From the NCBI RefSeq assembly GCF_006345805.1, contig NC_043001.1, forward strand, positions 108,128,001 to 108,192,000: a stretch of 64,000 nt of DNA, given 5' to 3'. This document shows, piece after piece, positions 51,713 through 64,000 of this stretch (positions within the stretch are counted from its first letter, which is position 1; the number at the start of each line of letters is the position of its first letter). Source of the DNA: Octopus sinensis (Eukaryota). The notes below the pieces were generated by a model. It saw only the letters and a program-made list of their open reading frames with translations, was not told where the DNA came from and did no database searches. The position numbers and the translations under genes are program-made.

Positions 51713-54700
51713 TTCATTTCACTAGCTCAGAGAAAGGTATAAGATGTTGCACAAGCACTCAGCTTTGTGTAATGCTTTCTATAGCAGAAACAGCTGTAAG
51801 CTTATGAATGTTATTGCACTATTCCTGTCCTTTTATTATTCATTAATTGACGCATGTGCGTGCGTGCGAGTGTGTGTGTGTGTATGTGTGTATATACATA
51901 CAAAAGGAAATAAAAGTGTAAAAATGTCAACATTTGATCAAATCTGAACACAGAATATTACACTACATACATGCAAAGAAAGGCACCATTTCAACCATTT
52001 TTCTATAGTAGTATGTTTTTTGTTGTATTTTTCATTTTTATTTCTTTTTATTTACAAATGATACAAACATGTTTTACTCTAATATATATACATATATGCA
52101 TGTATATATATATATATATCCTATATACGATATAAGACATCACTGTTAATAACCACGAGATCTGACTACTCATTACATTATTACACCATTAGAACAGTTT
52201 GTTGTTGTTTTTTTTAGTTTGTTTTGTTGTTGTTTTTTTCTTCTTCCAGATCTGGGCTAATTGAGACAGTGTACAGCTGACAAGATAATGGCTAACTTCC
52301 AGAAAAAGACTCTCCAACAGTGTTTAACAATATGTTCATCTTTGTGCTTTTTTTTCTTTCATTTTTTTTTACTAATTCCATTATTATTATTTATAATCTT
52401 GACACACTGTCTAGAGACATCATCTTCTTTAAAACCAGCCACAAACTTGAAGTTTGTAGTTTCTAGTGAGCAGTATTTAACTTTCTAAGCAATACAACAT
52501 ACATACATACAACATGATAGTTTGGGTTTTTTTGTTTAAAATCACTGTACAGATTTAACATTGAAGTTTGATTACTTAATCATTCAGTCATTTGAACTCG
52601 AAAGAGTTATGTTTTGTCTTGCATTTTACCATAGAGGTGAGGGACATCAGTCAGTTCATAGTCAGATATTATATAATGAATCCAGTTCAGGCCGGTAAAG
52701 TATATCATGTCAGAGTAAAGAGTGTTCATCGTTTGGTTTATTTCTGGTAAATGAGGGCCAGATAAATTGGAAAAACCTTACCATGTTGTCACCAAACAAA
52801 CAAATAAACAAACAAACAAACAAAAAAACAAACAGTAAACTTCATAATAATAATAATGATGATTTTTGACATAAAGCCAAAAATCTCAAGAGGAACAATT
52901 GATGGAATCAAACCCCAGTATCCTACTGGTACTCACACATTTTATCAGCCAGTAGATTTCATTTAACAATTTAAAATTTTAGCACAAGGGCAGCAATTTC
53001 GAGGGAGGGGGGTAAGTTGATTACATCTACCCTAGCGTTTAACTGGTATTTATTTTATCGATCCTGAAAGGATGAAAAGCAAAGTTGACCTTGGTGGGAT
53101 TTGAACTCAGGCCACAAAGAGCCAGCAGAAATGCCACTAAGCATTCTATCCAATGCGCTAAGGATTCTGCCATGATAAAAATAATAAAGATTTCTTAGAC
53201 AAAAAGCCATGAATCTGGGGATAGGGAGCAACCAATTATACTGAACCTAATAGTTGACTGGTTCTTATTAACCCCAGAAGTATTAAAAGGATAAAATTGA
53301 CTTCAATGGGATTAAGGATTTCTAAATAGGCACAAATCTGGGAGGCAAGGATAGTCGATTAAATAGTAAATTTAGTATTTTTATATTAATAATCCCAGAA
53401 ATGAAAGGAATAGTTGATCCCATAAGAACTGAACTCAGAAAGGGAAGAAATGTAGTTAAGTATTCAGAAAGGCATCTTTTCCAGCACTTTACCAATTCCG
53501 CCTCCGACTTCCCTTTAATAATAATATTAAGGATTTCTCATACTTTAGTTGTAATAATAATTTCTTATATAGGCATTAAGCCGGAAATTTAAGGGAAGGG
53601 GTTTAGTTTCTTAATTTGAGCCCCAAATAATGCCATAAAAAGAAACACAGGAGACTGACTCTGCAAACAGTCTCCGTGAAATGTTATTCGGTTTCTGGTA
53701 ATATTTATATGTCTACCTTGTTTCTATGCGATTCATCTTACATACAGAATCAATACATCACTGAGATTACGTCTGTGTGTAGGATGTCAGGAAAAAGATT
53801 TTAGATTTACATATAGGTATATATTCAGAAATTTACTTACATCCATAACAAACCATATTTCTTTATGCAAAAGAGCAACACTGTTTGATTTTTTGCGATA
53901 TTTTCTTTCATCAAGAGTTCCGATATCCTAAATATTTTGTACAAGTTGTGATAGTCATTCCAGTTGGTATTTACAAAGAAAGTTGTTTTGTTGTCTTCGT
54001 CAATTAGCTTCTCCTGCTGTACTTGACACATTGCAGGCTTTTATAAATAACTTTTGTCCAACCCATGCTAGCATGGAAAACGGACGTTAAATGATGGTGA
54101 TGATGATGATGATTAAAAAGAAAAATTAGTTCAACTAAGTCAGTGAGAAAGAGAGAAAGATGGAAATGATCCCTTGGGAGTTTTGTCATGTTAGTCTTTG
54201 TGGGGGGGGGGGACACATAAACATAATGTTAGGGGGGAAATTATCTAAAAAAAAATAAAATTTTTACCAAAGGGGATTGACAAGAAAAGAAAAGAAAAAT
54301 AGATTCTAGCCATTTCTTTTAATAACTTAAACTGAATCTTTAAATCGAAAAAGGTAAAAGGCAACAATAAAGAATCGTTAGTTGTGTTGCTTTCCTTCAA
54401 AGCAACACAAAATTTTAAAAACAGAGGATTTTAAGTTGATAAAATTGAATAGCTAACTCACAGTTAAATACAACCCATACGTTATAGAACAAAAACATGT
54501 GTTCACCATGAAGTCTACATTAACAAGAAACCAAAACTAATTGAGACATCAAAGACCACAAAAATGAATTATGGGAGATTTGTTCGTCAAATTGGAACTT
54601 TAAAGCATTTTAATCTTTGTAGAATCTATTATCGTTTAGATTTCTTTTTTTCACATACATAAGCAAATAGTAGAAGTAACAATGTGTGTTTAAGAAGAGC

Positions 54701-55990
54701 TTAGATCATTGGCCCCCAGGGCCACATGTGAGCTTCAAGCTTTCTTCCAACAGTCTAAATACAATAAATGTTTCCTTGAGTGACTTGTTTTAAATGTTTT
54801 AGGTGTGGCTCCCTAAAAAAAATCCAGGTTTTGGACCTAACCTGGATATTAAACAGGTTGAAAACAACTGGTTTGAGTACATTTTTTCTTTCTGTTTTTT
54901 AATTTTTTTTTATGGATTTCAAGACATTCTCTTTGAGAAAACCAGCCGCTCTTGGTCTAACTACTAACTTTGAACTATCTAGCATTAAGATCACAGGTTC
55001 AGGACAACATTTCAACTAAGTTTGAGCTAATTACTGAGTAATTGTTTGAAGCCAACATCTCAATTAACTATGCACTTGTTATTGTTTGGTCACAGTTTCA
55101 AGCCAACAGCTCAGCTAAGTTTGAACTAGATTTTATAGAACATCGTTCAAAGCCTACTGTTCAGGTAACTACAAACTAGCTATTATTGGCTCACAGTTTC
55201 AGACCAACATCATTTTTAAATGCAATATCACAAAATATAAGCCTCTGCAGGGGACTATAGCCTTTCAGATTTTTACAGAGTAAACCAATTTAACACATAT
55301 TCAATTATATGAACATTTTCAATACCTGTGAGTCTTCCTCTGAACACTTGGAGCATGTTGAAGGCAAGGTAATAGACTTATGATGCCCATATCACTTTAT
55401 GGGAATGATAATTCCTTTGCCTTCCTACAAGTTAATTTGTTTTTTTAAACAAATATTATAAATGATTGTATTTGTGTAGAGGCGACAGTTGGCAGTTGGA
55501 GGGACAGAAAAACCAAAATACAGAGTTTCGAAGCAGTTGCCCACCCTGACAGAAATAGCCATGAGATTTCCTTCAAGTCGTATCCTACTGTCTTAAAAAT
55601 AAAGAACACACTGGATAATGTAGTCCTAGATACACTTATGTCTGCAAAGAATACTTGGCAGGGTCACAACTAGAACACCTTAAACAATAAGGTTTGGTTG
55701 ATTGGTGCTGATCAGAGCCGAAACAACTCTTCTTCTAAGAACTTTCCTATTCAACTCTGTATTGACTGCTCCACTACTAAATATACACCAAGGAAAGAGA
55801 GAAGATAAAAGAATCCATTTTATATACACACACAAACATATTTACGAATGCTTATATATACATACATACATACGTATATATATGTGTGTGTGTGTGTGTA
55901 AACACAAATATATATATGTACAAGCATACATACATACACATTATACACGCACACACATATAAATATACACACATACAGATTGTATGTATG

Positions 55991-56044
<54 letters not shown>

Positions 56045-56231
56045 TGTAGATCACATCCATACACATGAGTGTGTCTACATGTATTTATAGATAGATACAC
56101 ACACATATACATATGTGTATACATTGTTTTTACCGGTTTCTCCATATCTATCTATCTATACATACATACATATATATCACCTTGATCACCTTGACTGACC
56201 AGTCCGTCGGGTGTCCATTTGACACCGCTGG

Positions 56232-56271
<40 letters not shown>

Positions 56272-58323
56272 ACCCACAAACATTTAACTTTCATTAACTT
56301 GGCATTACTTCACAACAGAACAGTTGAAGCAATATATTCTTGTATTTCCGCAAAAGCATTGCCGGGTTATTAAAAGTAACACCGACTCTGCACATGTAAT
56401 CTATTGAGTACTTTCTTGTACATGTGTATGAGCCTGCATGCATATATGTGTGTGTGTGTATAGGGCAGAACGTTATTCCTATAATGTTGATCAGACTTAG
56501 ATACACGCAGCCAACATTTGGAAACCAAAGTGAAATGTGTTCTTCTCTTACATATGGTACCGAGCCATTCCGAGACCTCTTTCTCTTTCTCTCTGACAAA
56601 TCACATCATGTATTACAATTCAGGCTGCAGCATTCTCTTCAATGGATTGTGTTATGGTTTTATTCCTACATCTTTAACTTCCTCTTTTTCCTTTTGCCTT
56701 TTTATTTACATAATCCACGTTCTCACTTCTTTTCACTCTCAGTTATCTTTCTTCATCTGTCCGACTCCGATTTACACTCTGACATCACAGACCACAACAA
56801 CAACAACATCTACAATGACGATAGCTACAAAAACAACAAAACAGAAAAGCCTCAGTATTGTATTATTATCATTATTATTGTTGTTGTTCTTGTTATATGT
56901 ATAAATATTTACCTCTGTCTCTCTTCCTCTGTTTGACTAGAAATGTAAATATTCAGGGCATAGAAATTACTGGAAACTTATCTAAGACCATATCACTACA
57001 ACCACAACCAGAACAACATCTAACAAGCAGTCAAAGCCTGAGCAAAGACCCATTGCCTAAATTATGGGAACATCAAACAAAGGACGAACAAACAAGTGCC
57101 AGAAGTGAGTTTGAGACGCAGATGAAGAAAGAAAGAGGGCAGAGGTTCTAATTCTTCAGCTTCATTTTATATATCTTATACCTGTCATGCATGCACCCAC
57201 CAGCATCCCGTTATTTGTCATTTACTTTAGTATCCAGGACTTGCAGTTTCAAACGAGAACGACATTTGGAAATTCTTCTTTCGGGGAAGGAGGGGTGGGG
57301 AATGATTTTTTTTTTCTTCTAATATTGAGTCATGGCCAGAATAAAATTTAAAGAAAAAAAAAAGCCATTTCAAGATTGAAATTGAAATTGAAAGAGCGAA
57401 AGATTGAAAGACAGCGAGACAGACAAACAGACAGACAGATAGAGAAAGAGAAGTGTGGGTAAAAGAACTGGAATTCTTCACAGAAATTTTTGTAATACCT
57501 TGCAGGATATATCTCTACCATTTTGCATTTGGCACAGTCACAACACCTTTGAGTTAATTCCACTTCATCCTTTAGTTTTTTTTCTCTTTCTTTATTCATT
57601 TTGTACTGATGATCTTTAGACAATATATATACATATATTCTATACTCTTATATATATATTTTCTTAATATGTATATATATGCATATATATACATACACAC
57701 ATAGACAGAGAGAGAGAGAGGGAGGGAGACAGGTACATATATATATAAATAGATATGTGTATTCTACACGTTCACGTTAATTATAGATTGTTCATGGTTT
57801 TTCTGTCAGTTTGGAACATCTGTTTGAAACAATGTTTTCTTTTAGCCGCTGTTGAAGGTTTAGGGAGATGGTGTCAACAGGCTAATAACAGTAAGCAAAG
57901 AGGCAGACAAAGTTTTCTCTTCTTTTGTTGTTTTGTTTTGTTTTGTTCTTCTTTCAAAAAAATAAAAACACCCACTGCAGTCAATGTTGACCATCAACAA
58001 TAAAACCAAACCACAGCGGGAAGCTTTGGAAATAATTTACACATATATACGTATATGTATAATATATATATATATATATACATATACACACACACATATA
58101 TATATGTATGTGTGGGGAAAATTAACAATTAAAAGAAAAAAAAAATATTCTTTTACAAAACATCAAACGCCCTCGATGCGGATGACCAGTGGTCAAAACT
58201 GAACCAGAGGGGTGCTGATTCTTAACGGAACAGCACCATGCAAAATAAACTTCACTTGACGGTGGTCCTGCAGTGTGGGTAGGAAAAAGGTGGGATATGT
58301 AAAACCGTAGGTGCCCACTGTGT

Positions 58324-58450
58324 TTAAGTCCTGTTGGCTGGATTATTGTTAGCTGCTGGCTGCACACGCAGCATGTTGTAGCAAGACTGACATACACGAA
58401 CTGGTTTCATTATCCGCAGACGCCTTATTTCGGTCTCAAATCGACTGCAC
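58324..58450 (-). CDS. WDFY3: WDFY3/ALFY terminal coding exon
   Basis: gttacag|G-CSRFETEIRRLRIMKPVRVCQSCYNMLRVQPAANNNPANRT*; RVC motif completes the FYVE finger. Not in the ORF track. Confidence 0.96.
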
Positions 58451-58527
58451 CTGTAACAGAGAAATGGGAACATTTAGATACCTTTTTTTTACATTTTGTT
58501 TATCTCAAATATTAAAAAAGATTTACA

Positions 58528-58965
58528 TTAAAAAGCACCATCCAAACGTGGTCAATGCCAGTGCCACCTGAATGGCTCCTGTGCAAGTGGCACCTAAAAA
58601 GCACCATCTGAATGTGGTCGATGCCAGTGCTGCCTAACCGGCTTCCGACCCGGTGGCATGTAAAAAGCATCATCTGAATGTGGCCAATGCCAGTGCCGCC
58701 TGACCGGCTCCTGTGCCAGTGGCATGTAAAAAGCACCATCCAAACATGGTCGCTGCCAGTGCCACCTGACTGGCTCCTGTGCTGGTGGCATGTAAAAGGC
58801 ACCCACTACACTCTTGGAGTGGTTGGCATTAGGAAGAGCATCCAGCTGTAGAAATTTTGCCAGATCAGATTGGAGCCTGGTGCAGCCTCCTGGCTCGCCA
58901 GTCCTCAGTCAAACCGTCTAACCCATACCAGCATGGAAAGCAGATGTTAAACGATGATGATGATG
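58528..58965 (+). repeat. RTE 3'-tail element filling most of the last WDFY3 intron
   Basis: Four tandem units plus tail and (GAT)n inside intron 58451-59017. Confidence 0.85.
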
Positions 58966-59017
58966 GTGGTTGCTTGCATCACTGCTTATTTATAAAATCT
59001 TTGAAAGAAGCACTCAC

Positions 59018-59215
59018 TTGGAACAAAAGACTTGTCCACAATTCCGACAATGGTGTCGCCTCTCTGAGAAGGAAAACTTGACCCGACATGACAAGCAGCT
59101 ATCCACACCTTCGTCCTTCATCCAGTGATCAGCAACAACACGCCCGGGCTGGTCAGTTACAGTCCAGCTATAGATACGGCCACGAGCATCACCAACATAT
59201 ATAGTTTTATGATCT
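59018..59215 (-). CDS. WDFY3: WDFY3/ALFY exon: last WD repeat and first half of the FYVE finger
   Basis: ttgcag|[18 protein letters not shown]...[15 protein letters not shown]...[17 protein letters not shown]|GTGAGT; FYVE WxxD and RRHHCR motifs. Confidence 0.97.
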
Positions 59216-59279
59216 CTGCAAGAATAATGAAACAAAAAATTAAATAAAATAAGATGAAGTAATTAGCACACAAAATAAA

Positions 59280-59424
59280 TTACAAAATCAGAAAGAGTGA
59301 AAGAAAGAAAAAAGAAAGGAGAGAAAGAAGGAAAGAGTAAAAGAGTGAATGAAAGAGTGAAAGAAAGAAACAGCAAAAAAAATAAAAAAGAAAGAAGAGC
59401 GAAAGAAAGAAAAAGAAAGAGCGA

Positions 59425-59456
<32 letters not shown>

Positions 59457-59460
59457 AAAT
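59280..59460. repeat. (GAAA)n-rich purine tract in a WDFY3 intron
   Basis: Degenerate tetranucleotide repeat; pyrimidine-rich on the gene strand. Confidence 0.85.
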
Positions 59461-60050
59461 ACAATAATAAATGCATCTTTCATAGTCTTTTACCATTTTC
59501 CATTTTTATTTTTTAAATTTGTTTAGTCATGCAGAAGGTGTTTCAAGACAGGTGAGGTCAATGTGGTTATTGTCCTTCAGGAATAGTTACAAAATAATAA
59601 AAACAGAGCAGAAAAAAGAGCATGAGAAAAGAGGAAATTCCAGAAGGAAGACTAAGTGTGGTGGTTCCTGCAGAGCTTGGTGGGTCTGAAGAGAATATGG
59701 TAACAGGAGGAGACCAAGCAAGTTAGTCAGGAGTGCCTAAATGGGTAAACTGAAATAGCATGGGACTAGATAGCTATGAGAAACTAAGGCTCTCTCTAGA
59801 AAACAGAGATAGTATGTCTGGGTCAAAGCCTGCAGCATCACAAGACCAAACCCTCTCCTCTTCTCGTCTCAGAGCTAAATCCTTATGGGAAAACACGCAA
59901 AGTCATGAAGTGCAGAAGCGAAATTCAGAGGAACCATCTTCCTGGTTCTGTGCTTTCTGTGACTCTGTAAATCTTATTATGAAGATACTTTCACTGATGA
60001 GATATCGAGGTGGACGCATGACATATTGTGGAGAATATGCGAATGACAAT

Positions 60051-60395
60051 TCTTTTATTCTTTGGTTCGTTTCAGTCAGTTGACTGTGGCCATGTTGGAG
60101 CACTGCCTTTAGTTGAGCAAATCGACCCCAGGACATATTCTTTGTAGGGGACATAAATACACCAACATCGGTTGTCAAGCGATGTTGGAGGGACAGACAC
60201 AGACACAAACACACACACACACACATATATACGACAGGCTTCTTTCAGTTTCCGTCTACCAAATCCACTCACAAGGCTTTGGTCGGCCTGAGGCTATAGT
60301 AGAAGACATATACCCAGGGTGCCACGCAGTGGGACTGAACCCGGAACCATGCGGTTGGTAAGCAAGCTACTTACCCCACAGCTACTCCTGCGCCT
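60051..60395 (-). mobile_element. SINE family A (internal deletion)
   Basis: Reverse-complement copy in a WDFY3 intron. Confidence 0.8.
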
Positions 60396-60626
60396 ATCAT
60401 TTAAGAATGATAGTATATAATTGCTAAACTTACTAAAAATAACAGTCAAATCTCCCTCAAATCACACTCTACCATCTGAAGAAGGAGAGAACAAGTTCAG
60501 CAACGTAACAACCAGTGTACAAAAAGATGGCACGGTGTAGACGTAGCCGGAATGCTTCTGATTAATTCAATCAGGGCTGATCTTGGAGGCTAAATAACAA
60601 CTACTCGACAACAGCAAGAACAATAA

Positions 60627-60996
60627 TCTCTCTATATATAAAGCTGAAGTTGTCTGTGTATGGCAGGTTTGGTAGCCTTCAACTAACACTATCAATTGAC
60701 CAAAATTGAGAGTATGATAGAAGAAGGCTTGCTCTTCCTTCCGTAGAAGAAAAGATTCAAATCGAACCATGTCAACACCAAAAATTATTTACATCAAAAA
60801 GGTGCTTTTTTTCTATGAAAATCCCTATATTTTACGATTTTTTCACTGCTGTGTCGCCATTTTTCGGTGTATTTCGACCAGAAAAATGTTCACTTAAAGA
60901 GAATAACAAGCTACATAATGCTAAATTTTTACTTTTCCAAAATTCCAATTCTAAAGGGTCGAAACAAACCCGAGCAATGCCGGGCAATACTGCTAG
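60627..60996 (+). mobile_element. Non-autonomous Helitron
   Basis: A|TC 5' end, subterminal hairpin CCCG-agcaatgc-CGGG, CTAG|T 3' end, no TSD. Confidence 0.85.
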
Positions 60997-61020
60997 TTTA
61001 AGAATAAAAGAGACACTTAC

Positions 61021-61132
61021 TTTGACACTGCAATAGTTGTAACTGCAGCAGGATCCTTGTTGTCTTTACGTTCAAAAGCAGTGTGCATTGTCAGTTTGCT
61101 GCGAAATACAAGTTGTCTCTGCCAACGGAATC
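61021..61132 (-). CDS. WDFY3: WDFY3/ALFY exon
   Basis: tttcacag|(G)FRWQRQLVFRSKLTMHTAFERKDNKDPAAVTTIAVS-AA|GTAAGT; closely resembles vertebrate WDFY3 RQLVFRSKLTMHTAFDRKDN. Not in the ORF track. Confidence 0.97.
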
Positions 61133-61172
61133 CTGTGAAATATCATATGACATAGTATTATATATATACATA

Positions 61173-61205
<33 letters not shown>

Positions 61206-61373
61206 CAGCGAGCATTTTATACACACAAGTTCAAACCACCATTCTTATGTATATATAAACATTTACATAAAGATACATATACACATATTCTTCCCCTCCT
61301 CTCTCTCTCTCTATACACAGTGTTCTGATGATCTGATGAACTAGCTTTCTTTATTTGCATTAATTTGTGAATA

Positions 61374-61966
61374 GGTGTAGGAGTGGCTGTGTGGTAAGTA
61401 GCTTGCTTACGAACCACATGGTTCTGGGTTCAGTCCCACTGCGTGGCACCTTGGGCAAGTGTCTTCTACTATAGCCTCGGGCCGACCAAAGCCTTGTGAG
61501 TGAATTTGGAAGAAGGAAACTGAAAGAAGCCTGTCGTATATATGTATATATATGTGTATGTGTGTTTGTGTATATATATATGTAGGGAGAGTTTACAAAA
61601 AACAACAACAAAAGACGAAGTCAGGTGGTGTACAAAACAAACAGATGTATTAGTATAACGCTCAGGAATAGAAAAAGTCTTTTACGTTTCGAGCCTACGC
61701 TCTTCCACAGAAAGGGATGGAGAGAAACAAGGAGAAAAAAAATGTGTGTAGTGGCTAACGATCTATCGTGTCTGTGTTTGTCCCCCCAACATCGCTTGAC
61801 AACCGATGCTGGTGTGCTTGCATCCCCATAACTTAATGGTTCGGCAAAAAGACACCGATAGAATAAATACTAGGCTTACAAAGAATAAGACCTGGGGTCG
61901 ATTTGCTCGACTAAATGCAGTGCTCCAGCATGGCGCAAAGTCAAATGACTGAAACAAGTAAAAGAG
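61374..61966 (+). mobile_element. SINE family A, split by an unrelated insert
   Basis: 5' half 61374-61550, insert about 61580-61765, 3' half to 61966. Confidence 0.75.
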
Positions 61967-63214
61967 TATACAATAATTGTATTGTATAATGCTGAGCATA
62001 TTTATTAATACAAACATGTGTTACAATAAAGAACACTGAAATCTGTTTGAGATTTTTAATTAAAAAATATTTGTCTTTATTGTAAATAAAAAAAAATGTC
62101 GTCATTACTACAAATGACAAACACTGAGATAGTTTGAAGCTTATTGTGAGATCTGCTCATATCAAATTCTCAATACTCACCACATATGATAAAAAATGCT
62201 TTTAAATGAATTTAAGGCACTTTCCCCAAATGTCTTCTTTGATTTGAATGTTTTATTTACTGTCTATTAACAAGTAAATGTATTAATATGACATTTCACT
62301 CAGTACCACCATTTTTTACATCCATTTTCCTTTGCCAGCCTAAATTTGACAGGCCTTCTCCATCATGTTGCTTATTGTAGCCTCTTGTTATCTCCCCTGT
62401 AAAGTTCAGTATCCCAAACCAGCCAACTCCATTTATTTCTCAGTCTTCCTCTTTCACTTTCGTTTCCCATTTGAGTTGTTCTTCACCAAACTCTCATTCT
62501 TCATAAACATCACATCTCTTCACTCTTACATCAGACTGTAGCAGATTCTTCCAACGTTCTCTCTGTCAGCTCCTCTGCGCTCAATTTTAAATTAAAAGCC
62601 CAGTTACCAGTCATTTAAATTTCATTTAAATCAGCCATATCTCACCCAAATATTCTCCCTGTTGTATATTCAACCTGACCAGATTCAGCCTCTCACACTT
62701 ACTCTACAATGTCATTCTAAAAATAAACAAACCCATCATCACAATCTCAAAGTTATGAGACATAATGCATGATGAATTCAAACAATGTGAATAAATGAGC
62801 CATACATTTAGCAGAATAATTTGAATGCTAATGGATTAAATGACTGACAATGTTACAGTTGATGTGTTATAAAGACATTCCATTATATTATAAACAAATG
62901 AATGGCTTTTGATTTCATTAAAATGGAACTGGAGCAAGAATGGAACCTATGTCATTGCACAACCTACTCCTTCCATTTTCTCTCCCTACTATTCCTGGGG
63001 GTCATGGTAGTGTTATAAAGTGGGTTCTCCCCACTGGTGTGATGTGTGACTGCCGTTGTATTGTAGTTGCTGTTTTACGCTAGTAGCCACAATAGTTCTA
63101 CTCATCAGATACCATTGTATAGAATACTAATACACTAACTTTTGTCTTACTGATAGCTCCACAAGACACCAACTAGAACTTTTGACTCTCAGCTCTTCCA
63201 CTCTCAACAACCAG

Positions 63215-63545
63215 CTACTGGTTTATTTGTAATGGCTGGTTCCTACCACCTTTTACCGGAAGGGGTATACGGTTTCACTATACAACAGGTAGTAGAGTTC
63301 TCTGACACCTCCTCCATAGTGTCCTGGATTCCCAAGTATGAACAAGTAAGACTATGGATACTATACAACCATCTCATTCTTGGTCTACCCATGAGTCTCG
63401 TGTTGGGTAGCTCAGCTTGAAGAATCCGTCTTCCAATTCTTTCTTGTGACTTCCTAGTCAGATGCTCATAGTACCAGAACTGTGACCTCTCAAACATACT
63501 CCAAACAGATTTCTCTGAAAATTTTCTCCGTTCTACACCCAAACC
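63215..63545 (-). mobile_element. RTE-like LINE C-terminal fragment in a WDFY3 intron
   Basis: FWYYEHLTRKSQERIGRRILQAELPNTRLMGRPRMRWL matches the RTE W-x-GH...R-x2-GRPR-x-RW motif. Confidence 0.7.
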
Positions 63546-63657
63546 ATATAAGACAACAACAACAACTACATAAATACTGACAGCAAAATGAAACTCAATG
63601 CAGACTCAACGGGTGATTGAGATTAAAATGAAAATCCTGAGCATCTGTTTCACTTAC

Positions 63658-64000
63658 CTTCACGTAAATGGTTCTTCATTGATAGTTTAGGTTTCCAGCT
63701 TTGATCATTCGTTGATTTATTAAAGCTTGGAATATCACTAGAAGACACAACAACGTAATCCGAACTTGAGGACTTGGCTGAATCTTTATCACTGTCCTGA
63801 TCAGCTTTGAAATCAACCGAGTCCGGTTGGTCGTCTGCTTTAATAGTATCCGTGGATTCATCCATGTCGGCAGCGTTAGACAACTGATCGCTCAAAATAG
63901 ACCTACCAGGCAGCTCGTCTTGTATAGAGTCTATACCATCGGGGGTTTTGTTAAAGTTTTGCTCCTGTTGGAGTTCAGCAAGGGCATCGACAGCATGGTC
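63658..64000 (-). CDS. WDFY3: WDFY3/ALFY internal exon (continues past the window edge); acidic/Ser-rich insert of the WD40 region
   Basis: Frame open to the window edge (DHAVDALAELQQEQ...SSSSDYVVVSSSD...MKNHLRE-G); donor G|GTAAGT; phase joins the next exon to give LREGFRWQRQLVF. Confidence 0.88.

Noticed and set aside
52359-52361. In-frame TGA between two open minus-strand stretches as selenocysteine or readthrough
   Set aside because: The coding status is unproven, no SECIS is evident, and the A-run context makes chance or an indel error likelier.
52261-52488. Hydrophobic plus-strand ORF (MANFQKK...FFFFHFFLLIPLLLF) as a signal or membrane peptide
   Set aside because: The hydrophobicity comes from T-rich low-complexity DNA, and I recognise no homology.
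59520-60050. Purine-rich intronic stretch with a 107-aa ORF as an alternative exon
   Set aside because: It is antisense to WDFY3 with no splice support; it may be a decayed LINE, but I cannot assign it.

Overview
AT-rich, repeat-dense animal genomic DNA. The SINE, LINE and MITE families and the microsatellite load point to a coleoid cephalopod, most likely Octopus (inference). Two convergent spliced genes are recoverable. TRMT10A (tRNA m1G9 methyltransferase) is complete on +, with 7 coding exons at 28642-43963 encoding 317 aa, all GT-AG with consistent phases. The last four coding exons of WDFY3/ALFY are on - (58324 to the window edge) and include the WD40 tail, a candidate LIR motif and the FYVE finger. 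The rest is mostly tRNA-derived SINEs, LINE relics (R4/Dong-like REL, CR1-like, RTE, Penelope-like), MITEs, non-autonomous Helitrons and simple repeats; most ORF-track hits are microsatellite or SINE artefacts. I see no prokaryotic-type system. The most notable features are: a unique 58-bp inverted repeat bracketing TRMT10A exon 2; REL LINEs stacked inside (TAA)n and adjoining (CATA)n; SINEs with swapped head/body/tail modules that moved as units; an RTE LINE with a PHD-type finger inside its RT and a variable ~67-bp tandem array in its 3' tail; and several fold-back structures.
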